From the NCBI GenBank assembly GCA_016706055.1, contig JADJKL010000006.1, positions 21,265-85,264 on the forward strand: 64,000 bases of DNA. Reading direction: 5' to 3'. This DNA is from Chitinophagaceae bacterium (lineage in GTDB: Bacteria > Bacteroidota > Bacteroidia > Chitinophagales > Chitinophagaceae). The position numbers were made by a program, and so were the translations under genes. Below, piece by piece: positions 18,021 to 27,927 of the stretch. The notes under the pieces are model-generated. The model saw nothing but the letters and a program-made list of their open reading frames with translations, did not search any database and was not told the DNA's origin. Positions within the stretch are counted from its first letter, which is position 1. Each line of letters begins with the position of its first letter.

Positions 18021-20012
18021 TCAATTTTGTTTTGATTTATATCCAAGGAGCCGAAGTGCATTTAAAACCACAAGCAGTGTAGAGCCTTCATGGCCTATTA
18101 CTGCTGGTCCCATACTTGCTACTCCTGACATCGTTAATGGAATAAGAACAGCTACCATTCCTAAGCTAATAAAAAGATTTTGACGGATGATCGATTTACT
18201 TTTTCGGCTGAGGCCAATCGCAAAAGGTAGGAGGGAAAGTTTATCACCCATTAATGCAATATCAGCTGTTTCCAATGCAACATCACTACCAGCGGCTCCC
18301 ATAGCGATACCGACAGTACTTTTTGCCATCGCAGGTGCATCGTTAACGCCATCACCTATCATCGCTAATTTATTTTCCTTTTCCATCAATTTGTCAATTG
18401 CTGCTACTTTTTCTTCAGGCAATAAATCTCCGTATGCTTCTGTTATTCCAATCTGTTTGGCAACAGCGTCTGCTACCCGCTGGTTATCGCCGGTAAGCAT
18501 CACCATTTTTTTAATACCGGTTTTTCTTAATTGCTGCAAAATTTCTTTTGCTTCTGGCCGGGGAATATCCATTACACCAATGATACCAATATAGTCGTCA
18601 TCTTTTTTTATAATCATTGTTGTGTTGCCTTCGTACTGCAATGCAGTAACTTGTTCAATTATTTCCTGCGGCAATAATGATTGGTTATTTTCTTTAAATA
18701 TTTCATCATTGCCAATAATAATTTTGCTCCCGCCAATATCGGCCTGCACTCCTCTACCCATTACAGCTTTCAGGTTAGTAGCTTCGGGAATAATCTTCCC
18801 ATTTAATTTTTGCATTCCGCCTTTTACTATCGCTGATGCCAATGGGTGATCGCTTAGTCTCTCCACGGCAACTGCCATCGTTAGCAGATATTCTTCTGTT
18901 GTACTATTTAAAACAATTATTTTATTGAGTACCGGTTTGCCTTCTGTTAGTGTTCCTGTTTTATCAAATGCCAATGCGGTTAAAACACCAAGATCTTCTA
19001 ATGGCTTTCCACCTTTTATTAATACACCCTGTCGAGCCGCTCTTGCCACACCACTCAATACAGCACTGGGAGTAGAAATGGCTAATGCACAGGGACTGGC
19101 TGCCACCAATACTGCCATCGCCCTATAGAAACTTTTACTGAATGGCTCATCAATAACTAAAAAGGCAAATATTAGCAAGGAAACCAATATTAAAACTGCA
19201 GGTACATAATACCGCTCTATTTTTTTAGTAAACTGTTGTGTGGGAGATTGCTGTTGTTCGGCTTCTTTTACCATTTGCACAACTCTTGAAAGTGTTGAAT
19301 CTTTTGCTTCCTTCAGGACTTTTATTTCTAACACTCCTGCACCATTGATGGAGCCTGCAAACACAGTATGAGCGGCATCTTTTTTCTTGTCATCGCTAAA
19401 ATCTGCATCAGGATTATCAACAGGCATTTTATCTACCGGTACACTTTCTCCGGTTATAGGCGCCTGGTTTACGCTGCTATTTCCCGCCACTACCACACCA
19501 TCCGCAGGCATTTTGCTGTTCGGTTTTACGATTACAATATCACCTATCTGTAATTCTTCCACTGGGATTTCTTCTTGTATACCGTTACGTCGAACAATAG
19601 CCGTTTTTGCAGATAATCCCGCAAGTGCTTCAATGGATTTTCGGGCTTTATTCATTGCCATATGCTCTAACGCATGCCCTAGGCTAAAGAGAAATAAAAG
19701 TAAAGCTCCCTCTGGCCATTGACCTAGAGCTGCCGCCCCAATGGCAGCTACCAGCATCAAAAAATCTATTTCAAATTTTCCTTTACTGATAGCAGTGTAA
19801 GCTTCAATGAACGTATAATATCCTCCGAAAATGTATGAGAAAATGTAGAGAAGAATACTAACCCATCCTGGAATTTGGGGAAATACATTTTGAATGAGAA
19901 AACCTACGCCAAGAAAAAGGCCGCATATAGCTGATAAAATGATTTCAGTCTTTTGACCGAATATGCCAACATTGTGATTATGATCTTCTTCCTCATGATT
20001 GTTTGTCTGCAT
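18021..20012 (-). CDS. Heavy-metal P-type ATPase, P1B-4 subclass
   Basis: SPC in the transmembrane metal site, HEGST near the C-terminus, DKTGT, TGES; no N-terminal CxxC. Confidence 0.85.
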   Translation of the reverse strand: MQTNNHEEEDHNHNVGIFGQKTEIILSAICGLFLGVGFLIQNVFPQIPGWVSILLYIFSYIFGGYYTFIEAYTAISKGKFEIDFLMLVAAIGAAALGQWPEGALLLFLFSLGHALEHMAMNKARKSIEALAGLSAKTAIVRRNGIQEEIPVEELQIGDIVIVKPNSKMPADGVVVAGNSSVNQAPITGESVPVDKMPVDNPDADFSDDKKKDAAHTVFAGSINGAGVLEIKVLKEAKDSTLSRVVQMVKEAEQQQSPTQQFTKKIERYYVPAVLILVSLLIFAFLVIDEPFSKSFYRAMAVLVAASPCALAISTPSAVLSGVARAARQGVLIKGGKPLEDLGVLTALAFDKTGTLTEGKPVLNKIIVLNSTTEEYLLTMAVAVERLSDHPLASAIVKGGMQKLNGKIIPEATNLKAVMGRGVQADIGGSKIIIGNDEIFKENNQSLLPQEIIEQVTALQYEGNTTMIIKKDDDYIGIIGVMDIPRPEAKEILQQLRKTGIKKMVMLTGDNQRVADAVAKQIGITEAYGDLLPEEKVAAIDKLMEKENKLAMIGDGVNDAPAMAKSTVGIAMGAAGSDVALETADIALMGDKLSLLPFAIGLSRKSKSIIRQNLFISLGMVAVLIPLTMSGVASMGPAVIGHEGSTLLVVLNALRLLGYKSKQN

Positions 20013-20194
20013 TATTAATTATTATTTAACATGGCAAAAATATCGGTTTAAAAAACAATAGAAGAATAGCTCTGAACAAATTGTTTTATAGTTTGAATCT
20101 GATAAGCCATTTGCCACAAATTCGGTATTATAATTTAATCAGTTTCCAAAACTGGGGCTAAACATTTAGATTTGTCTTATTTAAAATTAGAACG

Positions 20195-21076
20195 ATGAGG
20201 ACTTTTTTTGTTTCATTCTTTTTATTATCATTTCTATTTTCATTTTCCCAAAATGGAATTGAAAAGCATTTTAAGGTATACAACACAAACACAAAAGAGA
20301 TTACAACGATTGAGCAAATTGCTATTAATGCTAAAAATGCTGATGTTATATTTTTTGGGGAAGAACACAATGACAGTGCGGGACATTTTCTGGAAGCAGC
20401 TATTTTTAAAGCATTGCATAAAGAATATGGTGATAAACTTGCGTTAAGCATGGAAATGTTTGAAACAGACTGTCAGCTTGTATTGAACGAATATCTCGAT
20501 GGATTTATCAGTGAAAGCCGGATGATAAAAGAAGCAAGAGCCTGGAATAATTATAAAGATTATAAGCCTGCTGTTGAGTTTGCCAAGGAGAATAAATTAT
20601 CAGTTATTGCTGCCAATCCACCAAGACGATATGTGAGTATGGTAAGTAGTAACGGTATGAATTCGTTAGCAGGTTTACCCAAAGCATCGAAGAAATATTT
20701 GCCACCACTACCATACGATACTTTGTCTGGAAGATATTATGAAAAGTTCCAGGAGTTTATGGGTGGCGGAAGTCCCGGCACTAATAATCCAAAAATCTAT
20801 TATAGCCAAAATCTTTGGGATGCCGGAATGAGTAATAGTATTTATAAATTCTGGAAGAAGAATAAAGGCAAAAAGATATTTCATATGGTGGGCCGTTTTC
20901 ATGTTGATGAAAAACTTGGAACGGCGGCACAACTTCAAAACAGAAGCTCAAAGTTGAAAATTCTAAACATCAGCTGTTTCAGTGATGATTCATTTGCAAA
21001 TCCTGAGTGGGAAAAATTTAAGCAGCTTGGTGATTATATTATTATTACTGATCCTGGGTTGAAGAAAACCTTTTAA
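20195..21076 (+). CDS. ChaN-family (heme-uptake-associated) exported protein
   Basis: FFGEEHND, LSMEMFE, AQ-type QNLWDAGM, VGRFH; signal peptide. Confidence 0.75.
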   Translation: MRTFFVSFFLLSFLFSFSQNGIEKHFKVYNTNTKEITTIEQIAINAKNADVIFFGEEHNDSAGHFLEAAIFKALHKEYGDKLALSMEMFETDCQLVLNEYLDGFISESRMIKEARAWNNYKDYKPAVEFAKENKLSVIAANPPRRYVSMVSSNGMNSLAGLPKASKKYLPPLPYDTLSGRYYEKFQEFMGGGSPGTNNPKIYYSQNLWDAGMSNSIYKFWKKNKGKKIFHMVGRFHVDEKLGTAAQLQNRSSKLKILNISCFSDDSFANPEWEKFKQLGDYIIITDPGLKKTF

Positions 21077-22020
21077 TTACGGAGCAATAGCTCACATGGC
21101 TTCAATCCTGTATGTTTTTTAAATGCTGTGGAGAAGTGAGAAATGGATGAGTAGCCCAAAAGCATCGAAACTTCTGTTACGCTTAGTCCTTTTTCATACA
21201 AAAGATATTTTGCATGTTCCATCCGCTGGCTTTGATAGAAATCAAAAACGGTAGTGCCGAACAATTCTTTAAATCCTTTTTTCAGATAACATTCGTTGAT
21301 GGCAACTTTACGGCTTAATTCTTTAATGGTAATCGGGTCGCCGATATGTTCAATCAGAATTTGTCTAGCTTTTACAATTTTTTCTCTGTCCAGTTCATTT
21401 GCAAGGAACTTACAATTCACTACATCAATTTCTTTTTCGCCAATCATGCAATCAAGGCTGTACAATAGTAACATCTGCGTTTGCGCATTGATGTAGATAT
21501 TCTCTAGAGTGTCAGAATAGGTATGATTTAATACACCTTCCAGTACCATTCTCGTTTTACCACAGAGCGGCAGAATTTTTGTGAATGAAGAACGATGTGA
21601 GAAATTCAATATATCGTCAGTAAGATTGGAATCCCCTTTTCTTGGTTTCAAAAACTGGCTAAGATGTGTTGGCGAAAATTTGAAACTAACCACATCCACA
21701 CTGTCCACTCTTTCTACACAAGTTTTTGATGCACTAAACTGGCACTTATCACATTCTGTATTTTTCTTACGGCAATACACATTTCCACTTACACAAAAGC
21801 GAAGCTCTAGATAATTTTCTTTAGCAGCCTTTTTCTCATAATGATATACTAACATACCAGTGTCTTCAATATTCCACTGCTGATTACGGTTATAGCGATT
21901 AATAGTGTATTGAACCGAACCCGGAATCTCTTGTACTCTTTCTTGCAAAAGAACCAATTGATCCTGCATCAGGTTCTGATTATAGGCTAGTGCTAGTATG
22001 TCTTGTGAATTTTGCATCAA
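21073..22020 (-). CDS. AraC family regulator (PchR/YbtA-like HTH) with a Cys-rich N-domain
   Basis: TIKELSRKVAINECYLKKGFKELFGTT...GYSSISHFSTAFKKHTG. Confidence 0.9.
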   Translation of the reverse strand: MMQNSQDILALAYNQNLMQDQLVLLQERVQEIPGSVQYTINRYNRNQQWNIEDTGMLVYHYEKKAAKENYLELRFCVSGNVYCRKKNTECDKCQFSASKTCVERVDSVDVVSFKFSPTHLSQFLKPRKGDSNLTDDILNFSHRSSFTKILPLCGKTRMVLEGVLNHTYSDTLENIYINAQTQMLLLYSLDCMIGEKEIDVVNCKFLANELDREKIVKARQILIEHIGDPITIKELSRKVAINECYLKKGFKELFGTTVFDFYQSQRMEHAKYLLYEKGLSVTEVSMLLGYSSISHFSTAFKKHTGLKPCELLLRN

Positions 22021-22187
22021 TGTATGCGAATTTACGACTTATCCAGCAATTTCAATGGTGCAACTTTGAATTAATAGATTGTCCTCTGATTTTTAACATA
22101 ATATGTGTAAAAAAACTTCTGTTTTTGATGGTATCTATTACCTTTGCCAGTCTTCTGATCTCTAGTGGAGGTACTTTAAAATATTGC

Positions 22188-22994
22188 ATGATTCATCCGC
22201 ATACATATATCCATCCCAACGCAAAGCTGGCAACAAATGTAAAAATTGATCCTTTCACCGTAATCCATCAGGATGTGGAAATTGGTGATGGCACCTGGAT
22301 TGGTTCCAACGTAACCATTATGGAAGGGGCAAGGATTGGAAAAAATTGCCGCATTTTTCCCGGAGCAGTAATTGCCGCAGTGCCGCAGGATTTGAAATTT
22401 CAGGGAGAATATTCCAATGTATTTATTGGTGATGGCACAACCATCCGTGAATTTGTAACCATAAACCGTGGAACCAAGGACAGGGAAAAAACTATGATAG
22501 GTAAGAACTGCCTTATCATGGCGTATTGTCATTTTGCACATGATTGTTTTGTTGGTGATAATTGCATAACCAGTAATAACACACAAGTAGCGGGTCATGC
22601 TACTATTGGCGACTGGGCAATTATTGGTGGCATGTGTGCCATACATCAGTTTGTAAAAATCGGACAGCACTCTTTTATTAGTGGTGGATCATTAGTTGGT
22701 AAAGATGTACCTCCATATATAAAGGCAGGCCGAAATCCTTTAAGTTATGCCGGTGTAAATTCTATTGGTTTAAAACGTCGTGGTTTTAGTATAGAGAGAA
22801 TTAACCATATACTTGATATATACAGAGTATTATATAATAAAGGACTTAATACCAGTCAGGCTGTAGAATATATTGAAGAAGAAATGCCAGCTACGGATGA
22901 GAGAGACGAGATTGTAACTTTTATTCGGGAAAGCGGTCGTGGTATTATTAAACGTTTTACCAAAGGCAATAATGATGATGATCTCCCTATCTGA
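22188..22994 (+). CDS. lpxA: UDP-N-acetylglucosamine acyltransferase
   Basis: Hexapeptide repeats, PQDLKF, REFVTINRGT, HFAHDC; start placed at MIHP. Confidence 0.95.
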   Translation: MIHPHTYIHPNAKLATNVKIDPFTVIHQDVEIGDGTWIGSNVTIMEGARIGKNCRIFPGAVIAAVPQDLKFQGEYSNVFIGDGTTIREFVTINRGTKDREKTMIGKNCLIMAYCHFAHDCFVGDNCITSNNTQVAGHATIGDWAIIGGMCAIHQFVKIGQHSFISGGSLVGKDVPPYIKAGRNPLSYAGVNSIGLKRRGFSIERINHILDIYRVLYNKGLNTSQAVEYIEEEMPATDERDEIVTFIRESGRGIIKRFTKGNNDDDLPI

Positions 22995-23598
22995 TGCGGG
23001 TAAACGCTACAACAGGGAATGGATCTTCCGCCATTTCAATTACAATTTTGAATCGGGTCAATCGTATGCTATTACCGGACCTAATGGATCAGGGAAGAGC
23101 ACCTTGCTGCAAGTGATAAGCGGCTCGATGTATGCCAACGAAGGAAAAATTCAATTTACAATAGATAACAAAGTATGTGCAGATGAAAATGTGTATAAAC
23201 ATGTTTCAATATGTGCACCCTATTTAGAAGTAATTGAAGAAATGACACTGACTGAATTTTTAGATTTTCATCAGGGTTTTAAATCTTTTATTCCCGAGAT
23301 GTCATCCGACAAGGCCATTTCAATAATTGGACTTGAAAATGCTAGAAACAAACAAATCCGTTATTTTTCTTCGGGAATGAAACAACGAATAAAACTGGCG
23401 CAATGTATATTTTCCGACACGGCAATTGTTTTGTTAGATGAGCCATGCACAAATCTTGATAAAGAAGGTATTGATATGTATCATTCTTTAATAACTAATT
23501 ATTGCAAAGACAGGCTGGTGCTAGTAAGTAGTAACGATGAAGTGGAATATAGCTTTTGTAATCATCTTATCAATATCAATAATTATAAAGTACGTTGA
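22972..23598 (+). CDS. ABC transporter ATP-binding protein
   Basis: GPNGSGKST, FSSGMKQR, LLDEP; overlaps the lpxA 3' end. Confidence 0.9.
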   Translation: MMMISLSDAGKRYNREWIFRHFNYNFESGQSYAITGPNGSGKSTLLQVISGSMYANEGKIQFTIDNKVCADENVYKHVSICAPYLEVIEEMTLTEFLDFHQGFKSFIPEMSSDKAISIIGLENARNKQIRYFSSGMKQRIKLAQCIFSDTAIVLLDEPCTNLDKEGIDMYHSLITNYCKDRLVLVSSNDEVEYSFCNHLININNYKVR

Positions 23599-23653
23599 TG
23601 TCTTTAATCATGTTTTAAGCTGATAGAAGTCAGGAAAATCCTTCCTTTTTGCA

Positions 23654-24040
23654 ATGACTTTTGCCTTCGTGAAAAGGGTTATTGCTCTCATATTATTAAT
23701 TACATTCTCGCTGCAATCGTTTTATTCAGCATCAGTTACTGCATGGTTTTTTGTAAACCGTGCTAGTATTGCAAAGGAAAAATGCGTTAATAAAGAAAAA
23801 CCTCAGCTTCATTGTAATGGTAAATGCTATCTAAGCAAGAAATTAAAAGAGACAGAAGAAAAAAAAGATGAGAACAGTTCACAACAATTAAAACAATGGG
23901 TGGAAACTGGTCCATGCATTATTTCAAGCATCAATTTCAATTTACAATATGATAATGAGAATAGCATAAGCTATTCCGAACTTACAGATGCCTATTCTTT
24001 TTTCCACTTTGCTGAAGTCTTCCATCCACCGTCTGTTTGA
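23654..24040 (+). CDS. Small exported Cys-rich protein / candidate regulatory upstream ORF
   Basis: N-terminal hydrophobic segment, C44-x9-C54-x3-C58 (CVNKEKPQLHCNGKC), C-terminal EVFHPPSV. Confidence 0.8.
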   Translation: MTFAFVKRVIALILLITFSLQSFYSASVTAWFFVNRASIAKEKCVNKEKPQLHCNGKCYLSKKLKETEEKKDENSSQQLKQWVETGPCIISSINFNLQYDNENSISYSELTDAYSFFHFAEVFHPPSV

Positions 24041-24207
24041 CTTTCATAATCATTTACGGGGATTAAAATCGTCTGGCGATATGCCAAACTGATTTTCCTG
24101 CAACATTATTAATTACTCAAATTTTAATCAGAATGGCAGTATTTCCTGTCCGTTGCATTCAGGCGGGCATGGGCATGTGTCAGGATGTTTTAATAAAAAA
24201 TATACAG

Positions 24208-25026
24208 ATGAAAAAAATAATATTGTCTTTAGCTATTGTTATAGCTATCACATTTGGTTTATATTCTTGTTCAAAAGATGTTATTCAAGAACCCGATCCA
24301 ACTGAAGGATTAATTAAGTTGACTGAAGGTTATGTTCCAGGGGCAGCTGTTAAGATGGAGTTGTACTCAAAAGAAGGGACTATTAACAGTGGCTTTTCAA
24401 AATTTTATATTGCCCTTTATGATTCTGTAACAGGTAACAGAGTTGACGATGCAGCAATTCAGCTTATGCCGATGATGGACATGGGAATGATGCAGCATTC
24501 TGCACCATATGAAAATCCTGCAAGCTCAAAAGCGGACAATCACTTATTCCCATGTAGCGTTGTTTTCATTATGCCATCTACAGCTGGTTCATGGACAGTG
24601 AAAGTAAATGTCAAAAATCTGTTGAATAATAAAGAAGGAGCTCTGACTATTCCCTTAACGGTAACAGAACCAGTAAAATCAAAACAAAAATCATTTACTG
24701 CTACGCATAATGGAGGCAAATATTTTATTTCATTAATTGATCCTGTTGCACCAAAAGTTGGAATTAACGATATAGAAATTGCAGTGTATAAAAAAGTTTC
24801 AATGATGAGTTGGCCTGCAGACAGCTCACTTTCTGTAACACTTACACCGGAAATGCCAACAATGGGCCATGGCTCACCTAATAATGTAAATCCGGTTCAT
24901 ATTGGTAAAGGTCACTACAAAGGAAAAGTAAACTTTACCATGACAGGTTATTGGAAGTTAAATCTTGATTTTATGGAGGGTACTGCAGTGGCAGATAGCA
25001 CTCAGTTTTTTGACATTGAATTCTAG
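24208..25026 (+). CDS. FixH/YtkA-like lipoprotein with Met/His-rich motifs
   Basis: Lipobox LYSC; MPMMDMGMMQHSAP and PEMPTMGHGSP; start placed at MKKII. Confidence 0.75.
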   Translation: MKKIILSLAIVIAITFGLYSCSKDVIQEPDPTEGLIKLTEGYVPGAAVKMELYSKEGTINSGFSKFYIALYDSVTGNRVDDAAIQLMPMMDMGMMQHSAPYENPASSKADNHLFPCSVVFIMPSTAGSWTVKVNVKNLLNNKEGALTIPLTVTEPVKSKQKSFTATHNGGKYFISLIDPVAPKVGINDIEIAVYKKVSMMSWPADSSLSVTLTPEMPTMGHGSPNNVNPVHIGKGHYKGKVNFTMTGYWKLNLDFMEGTAVADSTQFFDIEF

Positions 25027-25033
25027 AAAAATC

Positions 25034-25058
25034 AGGCAGGTCTTTATACGGCCTGCCT
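25034..25058 (+). other. Intra-operon hairpin between the lipoprotein and receptor genes
   Basis: aggcagg...cctgcct stem with no strong U-tract. Confidence 0.45.
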
Positions 25059-25072
25059 TAAAATAAGTTGTA

Positions 25073-27094
25073 ATGAAAAAAACATTTTTATTCATTTTGC
25101 TTTTAAGTTATTGCTGGCATGCAAAAGCTCAAACATATATTTCACAAATGAGCGACGACAGCAGTCGTATTGTAGCGCTAAATGAAATAATAGTAAACAG
25201 CATTCAAAAAAACCCGCAGCATTATCTTGTCAGATTTTTTAAAGCAAATAGTGCGGCAACATTGGAAGATATCTTAAGTCGATTACCAGAAGTCTCATTA
25301 ATACGTAGGGGATCTTATGGCATGGAGCCGTCTATTCGTAGTTTTTCCGGAGGCCAGATTAATGTACTGGTGGATGGAATGAGAATACATGGTGCTTGCA
25401 CAGATAAAATGGATCCAGCAACCATTTATATCGAGCCAATTAATTTAGAAAATCTGCAAGTGCAAACAACAGCAAGTGGATTTATGAGTGGCTCAACAAT
25501 TGGCGGAACAGTTGATATGAAAATGGCTGAGCCGGATTTTCTTCAGAATAAAAAACTCACAGGTATTGTTAGCAGTGGGTATCAATCTGCAGCTAAAAGC
25601 TTTTTTGAATCAGCAAAACTTAATTATTCGTCCAACAGATGGGCTTTTAGAGCAAGTGGCACTTACAGAAAAAGTAATAATTACAGAAGTGGTGGTGGAG
25701 AAGAAATTAATTTTTCTCAATATGAAAAGTTGAATTATTCTTTATCTGCAAAATTTCAGCAAAACAACAATACATATATAAAAGCTGATTTACTTGCAGA
25801 TGATGGTTGGAATATTGGGTATCCGGCTTTACCGATGGATGTAGGCTTGGCAACTGCGAGAATAGCATCTGTCAGCATTCATCATAGCGATTTTTCGAAA
25901 TTGATTTACAAATGGCAGATGAAAGTTTATGCCAATAAGATCAGCCACTTTATGGATGATACTAAACGGCCTTTTGTTCCTATTCATATGGATATGCCGG
26001 GTTTAAGTAAAACATTTGGTGCCTTTGCAGAGGGAGAAATGAAGCTTAATAAAAAACAACGTTTATCTGTAAGAGCAGATGGTTCATCTACTTATTTAAG
26101 TGCATCTATGACCATGTATCAGCCGGGTCAATTACCAATGTATATGCTTACATGGCCAGATAACAGAAAGGGACAATATGGTATCGCTGCTTCATGGATA
26201 ACTGAAATTGATAGTACCTTGAAATTACAATTAACTAGTCGGGCAGATATAATTACTTATAGTCTTACATCTACAGCCGCAAAAGACCAGGTAAGTATTT
26301 TTGGATATTCATCTGCTAACAGAAATGATTTATTGAAAAATATTTCCACGCAACTTTCAAAAAAAATTACAAAAAAACTGAAAGCCACCGGAAGTATTTC
26401 CTATTCTGAAAGGATGCCGACGGCAAGTGAGTTGTATGGATTTTACTTATTTAACAACAGCGATGGGTTTGACTATATCGGAAGCCCTAATTTAAAAAAG
26501 GAAAATTCATGGCAGGCGGACGCATCAATTTTATATACTAAAGGAAGGAACAGGGTTCAATTCAATTATTTCTATTCCAGATTAGCTAACTATATAATGG
26601 GTAAGGTTGATCCAACGTTGAGCACCATGACAATAGGAGCAAATGGAGTGAAATCTTATATCAATATTTCAAAGGCATCTATTTCTGGATTCGAAGCAAG
26701 TGCTTTTTTAAAGCCCACCGTCGATTTAGATATTGTTTCAACCATCCGATATACAAAAGGTAAGGATGCTGAGGGGAATCCGCTTCCATTTATTGCACCA
26801 TTCAAAAATCTTACTTCATTGCGGTATCAACCGGGAATTATTTCTATACAGTTAGAAAGTGAAACATCACTACAACAAAATAAGGTGAGTTATTTGGCGG
26901 GTGAAGACCAAACTCCAGCGTATTTTCTACTGCATACAAGATTAGGATATGCTACATCAATAAGAAAAAGCAGCGTTGAATTACAAGTGGGAGTTGAAAA
27001 CATTTTTGATAAAAAATATTATGAGCATCTTGATTGGGGGAATATTTCCCGGCCTGGTAGAAATATATATGCACAGGTAAAGATTGGATTTTAA
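25073..27094 (+). CDS. TonB-dependent receptor, OprC/NosA-like (copper)
   Basis: Plug IHGACTDKMDP (CxxxM), HMDMPG, C-terminal GVENIFDKKYYEHL...PGRNIYAQVKIGF. Confidence 0.8.
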   Translation: MKKTFLFILLLSYCWHAKAQTYISQMSDDSSRIVALNEIIVNSIQKNPQHYLVRFFKANSAATLEDILSRLPEVSLIRRGSYGMEPSIRSFSGGQINVLVDGMRIHGACTDKMDPATIYIEPINLENLQVQTTASGFMSGSTIGGTVDMKMAEPDFLQNKKLTGIVSSGYQSAAKSFFESAKLNYSSNRWAFRASGTYRKSNNYRSGGGEEINFSQYEKLNYSLSAKFQQNNNTYIKADLLADDGWNIGYPALPMDVGLATARIASVSIHHSDFSKLIYKWQMKVYANKISHFMDDTKRPFVPIHMDMPGLSKTFGAFAEGEMKLNKKQRLSVRADGSSTYLSASMTMYQPGQLPMYMLTWPDNRKGQYGIAASWITEIDSTLKLQLTSRADIITYSLTSTAAKDQVSIFGYSSANRNDLLKNISTQLSKKITKKLKATGSISYSERMPTASELYGFYLFNNSDGFDYIGSPNLKKENSWQADASILYTKGRNRVQFNYFYSRLANYIMGKVDPTLSTMTIGANGVKSYINISKASISGFEASAFLKPTVDLDIVSTIRYTKGKDAEGNPLPFIAPFKNLTSLRYQPGIISIQLESETSLQQNKVSYLAGEDQTPAYFLLHTRLGYATSIRKSSVELQVGVENIFDKKYYEHLDWGNISRPGRNIYAQVKIGF

Positions 27095-27125
27095 TTAGAG
27101 CAAAACTTAGCTTATAAATCTCATT

Positions 27126-27170
27126 GTGGCTGCATCTTTTCTAAACGAAAGGGGCAGCCACTTTCTTCTT
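27126..27170 (+). terminator. Intrinsic terminator after the OprC-like receptor
   Basis: gtggctgc / gcagccac stem followed by tttcttcttt. Confidence 0.65.
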
Positions 27171-27310
27171 TTTGGGTCGTCATTCTGTTTTATTTTTGAT
27201 TTAAAGCCTGTGTTGGAAATCTGTTCACTAAATAATATTACAATTTCGTCACTTACATCAGGAACACATACATTTGGTGTTTCAGAGCAAAAAAATCTTA
27301 ACTAAATAGT

Positions 27311-27927
27311 ATGAAAAAATTAATCTATGGAATAGTAGCGGTCGCCTTTATTTTAATTGGTGCCTGCAATAATCAAAAGGACAATTCAGAAAAAAATCTG
27401 AAAACAATTTGAATATTGAATCAAGTAAAATTGCAACGAATGATACGGCAGAGATAAGTTCAGTGGTTCTTGAATTTTATAATTGGTACAATACGAATTA
27501 TGAAAAATTCCAGGACTATAATTTATATAGTGGGTTAAAGAAAAAAGACGTTCCTCCCTATAAAATAAACTGGGAAGAAGTAAAAAAATACCAGGATTTT
27601 ATTAAGTCTTCAGTTCCGAACCTAGGAGAAGAGTTTTTAACTGATCAGTTGGCTTTCTTTAAACAATGCGATTCTGCTTTTAAAGTTGATGTAAATGACG
27701 AAATACCCTATGGTTTTGATTATGACTGGTACACAAATAGCCAAGAAGACCCCCAATACCTGTTAGATGAGATTAATAAAAAGGAGAATAAATGGCAGAT
27801 AAATGTAAATGGTAACATTGCGACGGTAAAAGTGAATGATAATCAAAACAAGGATTATGCTATACTTACTATGCTCCTTAAAAAGGAAAATGACAAATGG
27901 TTGATCGTTAAAATAGGAAATGAATAA
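27311..27927 (+). pseudogene. Hypothetical lipoprotein split by a -1 frameshift at A7 27390-27396
   Basis: MKKLIYGIVAVAFILIGAC lipobox; A8 gives EKKSENNLNIE and joins the 172-aa ORF. Confidence 0.75.

Noticed and set aside
20158-20451. 97-aa minus-strand ORF and other short track ORFs overlapping long genes
   Set aside because: Antisense or alternate-frame shadows with no motifs
21990-22187. 66-aa N-terminal extension of LpxA in the ORF track
   Set aside because: Overlaps the divergent AraC start and promoter; the family begins at MIHP (22188)
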